In this document: piece after piece, positions 25,717-35,355 of the stretch
How the letters are laid out: each line of letters starts with the position of its first letter
How positions within the stretch are numbered: position 1 is the first letter of the stretch
Assembly: GCA_003971905.1 (NCBI GenBank)
Contig: RSEE01000039.1
Span: 62,001-126,000 of the forward strand
DNA: 64,000 bases
Origin: Moniliella sp. 'wahieum'
Taxonomy: Eukaryota
Direction of reading: 5' to 3'
Notes under the pieces: model-generated
Database searches by the model: none
Told to the model about the DNA's origin: nothing
What the model saw: the letters and a program-made list of their open reading frames with translations, nothing else
Program-made: the position numbers and the translations under genes

Positions 25717-26519
25717 TCGTCCTGCCTCAGCTTGGCTTCGGGCCTTCTCCTCCACCCCCACCTCCCCGCATCCATTTATCTTACAACATACTGCATTCAG
25801 CAAGTGTTTGCTCCCTCTTTCCCACTCTCCGCATAGAGTGTTATCATTCTGTAGGATTTTCTCCTAATGCTGTTACTCTGTCGCATGTATGGGTCCAGGA
25901 GCTAGTATTCCGTCAGGCTGCGTCGGTCGGGTTTGAGTAATTTGAGCCCTCTTTGGTTTTATGATATCTCACTACTGACGCCACCATACAAATGGAGGAG
26001 AAACGAGCGTTCTCATCCGGTTCAGCTCCATTGCCACCTGCGACGTGATACGGAGAAACCCATTGGCACCCAATGACAGCCTGTTAACCAACACAAGTGG
26101 CTCGCTTGGCGCGGCCGTTTGTCGAGAGTGAGTACACCCTGGTACATCTCTGCCTTGGACGCAGTCCCCAGTTCATTCTATCAATATCACGGCCCGGGCC
26201 TCTCGGAAGGCACTGCCACGAAGGCTCCTTACTTTCCTCTGCTCTCTCCCCTTGTGCCATTTGATTGCGGCCCACGAAAGTCGAGACGACGTTGACGCCA
26301 ATAGAGTGTGCAAATCCTCTCTTCTTCACTCAACATGACAGGAGAAATAACAGCATATCACGTTTCTCCTGTCATGAATAAAATCTGTGTCGCAAGGACC
26401 AGTCTGGACGTCCCAACATGACTTGTACTGTCGGGCGGGGACACGGCAACGCGCGTCTGGGGCGCGAGAAGAAAAGACACAGTGTGAAGGCAGCGCTGCA
26501 CCTACGAACGGGAAAGTAA

Positions 26520-28691
26520 GAGTCAAGTATGATAGCGGATGAACAAAGTGCGCGCATGTGGGTCCAAGGAGTATGGCAGTGCGAGGGGGCGGAGGGCTCA
26601 AGCTTGGCCCAAGGTAAAGGTGCGATGTTTGCGACGCGGGCGAAGAGGCGGTGGGGGTCAGTCCGTTTTCCTCCTCGCCGGAGCGCGGGCTAGGGTGCGG
26701 CGCAAGGTCCTGGCCTGCGCGTACTTGGACATGGTGCAAGGGCGGAGTGTAAGGAGACAGGGTCGGGTGCGACCCGACGCGACCGGTAAAGTGGGAGGCA
26801 GGTTTGGTGGGCAGAGTGCGAATGGTAGAGGAAGGGGCAGACGGGGGCGTGGTACTCGGCATGCGCAGCAGCCTGGTGGGTGCGCGCGATGGGCGCCAGA
26901 GCGGGGGAAGGGGAATTGGTTGTGGAAGACGAGACGAGGCGCGTGCGTCGGGGCGGGACTTGCCCCCGCGTATCCTGGAAAGGGTCCCAGAGCGACGTTC
27001 TTCCTCGACGCGATACGCTCGCAAGATCACTATCGTCTTCTCCCCACGCAGCAAGCGCATCGAATTGGGACGAGGAGCTGTCGGAACCTTCTGGTTCCGA
27101 CACCCTCTCCACCGCCTCGGGGTCAGGATCGTTCTCCCGATCAGAGCCTTGCTCTTGTTCGGGTCCTCGTCCAACGTCAAATCGTACCCTGAATCGAGCT
27201 CGTCCACCTCATCCGCATAGGACCCATCCTCAAACTCTTCTCCGGGGGGTTGGCAGAGGGGAAGTAGAAATCACTCGTCAGTTGCATCGTCCGCCTGAAG
27301 ATCTTCATCGTCCTCCTCCTCATCGTCCTCCTCCTCCTCGTCTTGCACCGTTTCCTCCTCATCGGTCTCCTCCTTGAGACGCTCCAGCTGATTCCGTCGC
27401 TGTGCTTTCAACCCAGGATTCTCATCCAGCCACAAATCCTCTGCTTCCGCTAGGCCCCGCGTGGGCGGCGAGAGGCGACGATCCGCGAGAGAGGTGCGAA
27501 TGGGTCCCACCCCGCGGCGGGGGGGAAGGACACAGGTGTCTCTTTGAAGCCATAGGTGGGTCGTACTCCCCCCTTCAGGATCAGAAGGGTCCATTCCGAG
27601 GGAAACGGCACGCAGCGTTTGAGCGGGTGGAACCGAGGGCGTTTGCTGTTGCATCCCAATCGTACTGGCGGCCTTGGGGGGCTTGGGTGAAGCGAGGGTG
27701 CTAGGTACGCGAGGTCAGAGGAGAGCAGGGTGCACTAGCAGTGCTCCCTGCTCGGGGCTGGGAGGGGCGTAGAGCGCCCGCCTCAGACGCTGGACGAGGG
27801 GGTTTGCCCGGCCGCGCGGTAGCCTTTTTTTTTTTGCCATTCTTTTCGGGTCGTCGGCGGGCCAGTCGGGTGGAGGAGTCACGCGAACGGGTGGTAGTGC
27901 TTCCCTGTGTGGGTACGGGGGATTTTCCCCCCTGCTTTGCGTCTTGCGTCGCCACTGTTTCTGCGACTTTGGGTTTTTGTGACTTGAGCTCACCCCTCAG
28001 GAAGGATTGGGACAGCTGGTGAATGATTGCAGGCAAGTCTTCTCGAAAGGGTGCGGATAGTCTCCTCGATCTGAGTCTGGAGGAACGAGGCAATGGGAGG
28101 GACGTCGTCAAATGTCGAACTCACCGCCACGCTCTCCAGCGGATCGTTTTTGAACACCATGGTGATACCTTTGGTTTTGCTCAGGATGAGCACGACAATT
28201 GCGCGCAAGCGAAGGCGGTGCAGACGAAGCTGCATGGGCACCACGAGTGGCTGAGCTGCGTAGAGGATGCCGCGCCCGCCGAGCAGTGGCCGGGAAGAGG
28301 CGTTGGTCAGCGTCGGACCGTGGCGGGGAGACTGGGTTCGGGCATGTCGGCGGTTGCGCCGGCGGGGGAGAGGCAGCGGCCATGCTGGCGGCCGCAGCGG
28401 CCGCCGAAGCATCGGCTGAGAGCGGTTGGCTTGCACCTTGGTGGCCAGCACCAGCTGGGCATCGCCGGCATAGGTCAGGCGGAAGATACCGCGGAAACGG
28501 TCGGGAGCCAAGTCGCCAATCTCAAAATATCGAGCTCTGGCGGGACATGCCCCATCTCGAGGCGCTCGACGAGAATGTCGTCGGCAATGGCGGCGGGCTT
28601 GGCTCCCTTGTTCAGCGCGCTGGTCAGAGGGGGCCGCATCGGAGAGGAACTGGTCGCTAAAGACGGGCCAGTTGAAAGGAAGGAAGGACAT
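26520..28691 (-). CDS. MDM34: ERMES complex SMP-domain subunit Mdm34, frameshifted; 3' end approximate
   Basis: MSF..[84 protein letters not shown] and GITMVFKNDPLESV.VSSTFD. Confidence 0.92.
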
Positions 28692-29161
28692 GCTGCTGGT
28701 GCGGTGCGCTCCCAGGCCGGCGCGGTGGCGGTGGTGGAGGTGGTGGTGGGCTCGGGCTCAGCAGGACTGCGGGCAAGGCGGAACGCGACGGGCATTGAAT
28801 ATTGATGGCGGCCGGCTGGCTCGGGATGTGTGATTTGTGATTCCGGCCGGTGATGGGATGGGATGGGATGGGACGGGACCAGCGCCCATTTTTTCCTCAT
28901 TAAAGCACACACCAGCCCCCCCGCACTCTCGCCACACCACCATCCGCGCTCCCCGCATCCGTCCCATCCCCACCCGCATGGCCAGCTCTCTAGAGGCGCC
29001 CCGCACCGGCAGCCCCGCGCGGCTCCATGGTCGTACACGCTTCTCTCTCCTCCTCCTCGTCCGGACGATCCCTGCTTCGGCGAGCTGCTGCATGGGCGCC
29101 GCATCCCGCTTAAGTGCCCATCCCCGCAGGACGCAGTGGCACTGTTTTGCCGCTAGACCTC

Positions 29162-30561
29162 ATGGACAGCTCCCAACGTACGCAGCTTGTGTCGGAAATG
29201 ATGCAGCGCTACAAGGACCTGCTCCACTTACCACATGCAGCCTATGCTGCTGCGCTTGATGACTGGCACCTCTCCATCGTCCGGCTCAGAGCGGCGCTTG
29301 GCGGGGAGGCGGTAGAGGGGGAGCTACTCGTACCAGGCTCTTTGAGCAGAACCGCTTCCCATCCCATATCTCACAGCGCATCCATGCCCCGAAAGGAGGC
29401 TCCACTTCCCGGTCAAGCCCCAATTTTTCGCTTCAATCCTCCCCTTCCTCCTCCCACAACCCAAGTCGCGGGTCCTTCCCTTCCAGCTTCTTGGGTCTGC
29501 CACGTTCCATCCTCAACTTCCCCTAATTTCTTCAAGTTTCCGCCTAACGCCCATCCTCCCTCCTCAAACCCCACTCAGATCGCGCCCAACTCTTCGTCCT
29601 CATCCTCAAACATATTTTCCTTCAACGCCCCTTCAACGACCTCAAACTTGTTCCAGTTTCCGTCCAACCCCTCCTCAAATTCTACCAAGCTCGCACCCAG
29701 CGCTCCGTCATCGTCGTCAAACATATTTCCCTTCAAGGCCCCTTCAACGACCTCCAACATATTTTCCTTCAACGCCCCTTCAACGACCTCAAACTTGTTC
29801 CCGCTTCCGTCCAGCCTCTCCTCAAGCTCCACCCAACTCGCACCCAGCGCTCCGTCATCATCACCAAACATATTTCCCTTCAAGGCCCCTTCAACGACCT
29901 CAAACATATTTTCCTTCAACGTCCCTTCAAGGTCCTCAAACGTGTTCCAATTTCCATCCAACTTCTCATCCTCAAACTCCACCCAGCTTCTGTCCTCGCC
30001 CTCAACATATTTCCTTTCAAAGCCCCTTCAACGTCCTCAAACGTCTTTCAGTTTCCGTCCAATGCTCATCCCCCTTCGTCAAACCCCCCCGCTCGCACGT
30101 AACGCTTCTTCCTCGTCTGTAACCCTTTTTCAATTAGCACGCCCCTCTACTTTCATGTCATCCGTCACTCCCACTCCATCACCATCAATTCTCCCTGGGC
30201 CCCCCCCTCGCTTCCAATTCAGTCTTCCCACTCAACCGAACATCCCTCCACGGCGTACCCACCCCCTTCCGCATCCAGTTTTCATCCTTGTTTTTCCCCC
30301 GAGACGAGACGCGCCCCTCATTCGAGCAACCCCCACTGCTTCAGGCATGAACTTGGAGAACGTGTATCCGTGGCGAATCACCAACATACGGAGCATGGAC
30401 GCCAAATGGATGCAAACAGAATTTACGATGCTGTTGGACTCGTCCGACACGGTGCACCCACGCAAATTCGAGAAGGTTACCGACGACTTGAGCAAACGCG
30501 ATGCTGGATGAAATCGCTCGCCTCGCTCCTCTCGGTGCTAACGGTTGGTATACTTTTGTGA
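29162..30561 (+). CDS. Orphan Ser/Pro-rich protein with internal FxF repeats
   Basis: About 450 codons open from ATG 29162; helical-looking N-terminus, repeated SNIFSFNAPSTT/SNLFQFP/SNIFPFKAP units and a short non-repetitive C-terminus. Confidence 0.6.
29605..30065 (+). repeat. 147-bp (49-codon) tandem repeat, about 3 copies, built from 36-bp sub-repeats
   Basis: ctc[a/c]aacatattttccttcaacg recurs at about 29605, 29752 and 29899. Confidence 0.88.
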
Positions 30562-31136
30562 TGCGCTGAACAGTGAGTAGGCGGCCTGATCCCAGTCCGA
30601 GGGCTTAAAGCTAGAGAGTGTTACGGAACGAACAGCCTCATGTGGCGTCAGGCGACACTTTTGAACTGTGTGGCATCCTTTCCAACCATCTTCCGTCCTT
30701 TTTGGCCGCCCTGTTGTTGTTGTTGTTGTCAATTGGTGTATATTTCGGGCTCGCTTCCAAGAATGACGGATGCGCGAGTACATATGAATTGGTGTAACTT
30801 AGTATAAGAACCGTCATATTCCTCCTGTAGGCCAAAACACCGATAAACGCAAAGTGAAGTGTACACTATTTCCGACTCACAGGCGGGGGCACCGGGGGCA
30901 GATAGCAGGGTTGGTTTGGGCATGGTATACCCAAACTCGGGAGTGCAGTGAGGATTTGCAGTTCCCTTCTTCACATCAATTGCATTCGCTTGCTATGGGA
31001 ACCGCTCTTCACTAGAGATAGGGACAGTATGGTCCAGCTATACGAAGAAATACCACTTGTTTGTGTGTTCCACTTTCAGTATTTCCAAGCTGTCTTGATA
31101 CCCTAAAGCTTGGGGGCTAAAATGAAGGCAAAAGTA

Positions 31137-31227
31137 TGCTTCAAAGGGGAATCGAACCCCTGTCACATCGATCTCACAGGCACTAGGCCAGTCTGGCAAC
31201 GATTATATACCACTAACCCATTGAAGC
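31137..31227 (-). tRNA. tRNA-Gly(GCC) with a 22-nt intron; D-arm imperfect
   Basis: Acceptor stem GCTTCAA/TTGAAGC; A-box TGGGTTAGTGG; anticodon loop TTGCCA (GCC at 31197-31195); intron 31193-31172; T-arm AGGGG-TTCGATT-CCCCT. Confidence 0.8.
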
Positions 31228-32183
31228 TCATGAAGGGCTAAATAAATGTTTTCTTCACGCTCATACCCTGACGTGTTTTTCTTGGGAATACACCACCATC
31301 TCCTTTCTCACTTCGGATCATTCACAGCCATTGAAACCGGGATGGCGGCCTTGGTTTCTTCTCTAAAGCTTTTTGGAGGCACCCCGTCGCCAACTGCCCC
31401 TCCTTTTGTCTTTCGACACTCCTCGCTCAAGAGGGACACAACCGCAGACAACATGCGCACGACCCAGGGGTCGATGTTGATGACGGTCGTCGGATGTTAT
31501 GCCGTCTTGCTTGAAGCTCACGCGTCAAAAGCTCGTGAACACGGTGTGGACAAACAAACATACCAAAGTTGTGCCCCCGAATATGGTTTCGAAGCCTGGC
31601 GCACTGGACGTGGCGATGACGTAGGCGCCGCAAGACCGATATTAATTCGAGTAACTGAGAGCTAGTGCTACTGAACGTACTGACGTACTGAGTCTCAGTA
31701 CTGACTGAATGGCGAGGAGCGATGTGGAGCGAACAATGATCATCTGATCATCGATCATCGACCAACTCGTGAAGCTCAGCGATAGCCAATATACGTACCC
31801 GAACCAACCACCACTTTCCAGCCAACGTCGCATCTTGACTGTTTCGATAATTCAAGCCAGGGAGAAAATGGCCCGTGCTGTGTCAGGTGGGCCTAAACAA
31901 CGCTGCGAAGCCACATATCAACACCCGTCGGCTCCACTTACGTCCGTTTCCTCGCCCGTCCGCATGCACACACCGTCCTCGGGCCGCCTGGTTCCGGTCA
32001 CGGCCGCAAGCCTCTGGTAGAATTCAGGCCGCTTTCATGTCACATGTCAGGCTGGCCCCCCTTGACCGGTGACGCGTGACCCCCAACAGGCCCGAAGGCT
32101 TGCGTCTACAAGCCAAAAGCAGAGCAGAGCAGCGCGAACGCTTTCCTTCCCTTCCCCCACCCACACTTCTGCCTCTCGTTGCC

Positions 32184-32873
32184 ATGTCCAGCCGCATCGC
32201 CGTTGTCTCCCACTCGGTATGCCCTCCATTGCACACGCGTTGGCATGTTCGTGGTTCGCGGACTGACCTAACCCATCTCCCCAGCTCTACGGCCACGTCC
32301 GCACCCTCGCCAACGAGGCCGCCCGCGGCGCTGCCTCGACTTCGGCCAAGGTCGACAACTTCACCTTTGCCGAGACGCTTCCGGACAAGGTGCTGGATCT
32401 GATGCACGCCAACAAGGCGCTCAAGGACGAGTTCCCCCCATCACTCCCGGTGATCTGACCAAGTATGACGGTTACATCTTCGCCTTTGGCACCCTTCGGC
32501 CGTGCGCCTGCCCAGGTGAGCAACCTGTTTGACCAGACTGGTGGGCTGTGGGCCAAGGGCGCTCTGATTGGCAAGTTTGCTTCTACCATCACCTCGACTG
32601 GTACCCAGCAAGGTGGCCAGGAGACCCTCACTACACCACGCTACCTTACTTTGTGCATCACGGGATCAACTATGTGCCGAATGGCTACAGCTCCTTCCCG
32701 CTCCAGTCCAATCTGACGGAGATCCACGGTGCTCGCCTTATGGTGCCTCGACGCTGGCGGGTCCCACGGGCGACCGCAAGCCGACGGACTTGGAGTTGGA
32801 GATTGCGTACAACCAGGGCATTCACTTTGCCAAGACGGTGAACACGTACGTGGCCGGATTGGCGAAGTTGTAG
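32184..32873 (+). CDS. Flavodoxin-like NAD(P)H:quinone oxidoreductase (WrbA/Pst2/Ycp4 family), frameshifted in the assembly
   Basis: [16 protein letters not shown] (intron 32217-32284), [53 protein letters not shown] and ELEIAYNQG. Confidence 0.93.
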
Positions 32874-34066
32874 AATTGCAAAGGATAATACGCACAACAA
32901 GTAATGCTAATTATATGATGCGAGTTCTTGATTCGGGCCTCATGCAGTCTGTTGTCGTTAGAAGGTGTAAAGTCATTTGCACAGAGAGCATTGTATGCGA
33001 TATCTCCTTGTACAAAAGATGGGGGTGGGGATGAAGGACAAGAGAAGAGAAGAGAAATGAAACAGGCCACTGTGTTTTGCCCTTAACATATCACGCTAAT
33101 TGACCCTCGTATTGGGTTCCTCTTTTTGAGAATAAGATATCATCATCATGTCAATTCTCTCCGAGTGGTGCCTATGTTTTCTCCGAGCAGGTGGCGATTG
33201 CATCTGTCTCTCATCTGTTCACCTGATCATACCTCATGGCTGCGGCCTCCGCGCCTGAGCCACAGAGTCCCGTAAACCAGCCCCGCTCATCCTAAAAGAA
33301 GGCCCCCCCACGCTCGGTGCTTGTCTCCCGCAATGCCACACCGAGCTGTTGCCTCCCGCCACTGAGGGAATGCAGTCAACGCCGCTGCCAACACCACCAT
33401 CACCATTACAATCGGTCATGAATACGTTTGGACTGTGAAGATACCCACGCCGCTCACATGATGACACGATCCTTGTTGACGGGAAAACCCCTCCCGGAGG
33501 CTGCTCAGCTTATAGCTCTATAGCCCTCGCCTAAAAGCACACCCCCACCGATGGTGTTCACGAGAATGGCGGGCACACCCCGAAACGTGGTTCACAATGC
33601 ACAAAACATGCTGCATTCCATGACTATAACCGTTTTGCACACAGGTTTTATCTGACCCACCCCTGCCCCGCGGCGACGCTCTAATCCCTTTTGGTTCCAC
33701 GCCTGGTTGAAGAACGTGTTTGATGCGACTCATATTGGGATTGTACCGCGAAACATGCTTCAGCTTTTCAGGGCAAGACCATTAATCAAGTACTGTGCAA
33801 AGCTTCATGAAAGAAAGCTCACTGTGGACATCACAGATGACACGATTCTCATCTTCGTCGAGAATACCTCCTCACACACTGCATCAGCAACGACACATGA
33901 CAGAGGAGTGTATGACAATAGTATTTGTATATTTCGAGACCCGCAGGGAAGGCACAGGGATCCCAGGGTGTGGCCACCCACTCCGCACTACGAGATACTC
34001 CCGCTAGACGTGTGTCATATAGGCTAACCGGCCGTTGGCTGCCATCACCTTCAGCCGCAACGCTTA

Positions 34067-34925
34067 TGTTACGGGCGCTCCGGCTATCTCCGGACGCTGA
34101 GCCCCGCATGTCGTAGACATCTCAGCCCAACGTGCGTCAGTTCGGTTATAGACTAGCGAGAGAGCCAGTCGACACCTTATCCTTGCTGCGGATATCCTCC
34201 GCGGCCCCCATGGCCGCATGGTCTTATCGGTACGATGCTTTGTGCCTATTGCGTCCAGTCTTGTCAGAACCCTTCCTGCTGCGCCCGACTGCGCTGCGTT
34301 AGCACCGTGGGAAGCAAGGGCTGTGCATTAGTCTTCTTTACCTTTCTGGGAAGTGCCCGCATTCTGTCCATACCTGTCATGAGCACTTGAGGCCCGGTTC
34401 CCTCTGCTGTAATAAGCAGCCATGTCTAAGGCTTGCTAGCTGTGGTCCTTGTCGACCATCCTGTCTATTACCGTTGGTCTCCCCGACTACCAGTTCCTCT
34501 CTCGCCCTTCCACCTTCTACCACCACCCTTACGCTTACGAATTTACGACTTACGTCGAGTGCACTGCAAGCCGCGCGGTTACTCACATCAGTAGCGCTTG
34601 CTCTTCTTTAGGACTCTGTCTGTTCCCGCCGCTACAGCGTACCGAGTGTGGGTAACGCGGCGAGGAACAGAGTAATTCCGGAGCTCCTGGACCCCTTCAG
34701 CTGGTCTAACGACCTACGTACACGGCTCCTACCTCGGAGGGTCTGGACTGCGGCCTTTGCACGCAGGCAGCCACCCAAACTAGAGGGTCTCTCCCTAGCC
34801 TCTACACCCGCTCGGTTCAACCAGGATCTGGAGCAGACCTAACGTACGAGCCACCGATTGATCTGTCCAAGGGTTTACACCCCTAAACTACAGGGGGGGT
34901 CCCACCTCGGGACCCCCCCATGACA
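34067..34925. mobile_element. Solo LTR, family A (859 bp)
   Basis: TGTTAC...ATGACA termini; 5-bp TSD GCTTA at 34062-34066 and 34926-34930; homologous along its length to 44661-45718. Confidence 0.92.
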
Positions 34926-35355
34926 GCTTACGCCTGAACGCCATTCACCCCGGTGGCGTCAACTTGTGGTCTCGCCTCTGATCCTATAAGCTGTTCGTAT
35001 TAGCAGGGTCACGGCTTAAGCCCCCTCCCCTCCCATTACTCAGGGGGGACCTTTCCAGCGACTCTTGATTGTTGCCCTCTCATCGGAGCGAGTCGGTTTT
35101 CATTGTTTGGGGCCCATCACATGAACATATCCGTCCGCAGTGGTTTCCTGAGCAAGTTTCGGAGCTCATATCTTTCCTCAACATACCTGGACTGATAATC
35201 CACCGCCAATGACTTCGGAAAGCTCATGCCCTCTATGATACTGTGCTTCCAGATGATGCACACAGTAGTATAAGCTGATGTTGGTGTCGCTATACTTCAT
35301 GCTTGCGCCAAATTCTAATGGGCCTCACGAGATTCCCCCCACCAAACCCACAAAT

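Noticed and set aside
29575..29982. Minus-strand acidic repeat ORF, or a CRISPR-like array
   Set aside because: It is the antisense shadow of the FxF repeat. The units are contiguous with no unique spacers, and the DNA is eukaryotic.
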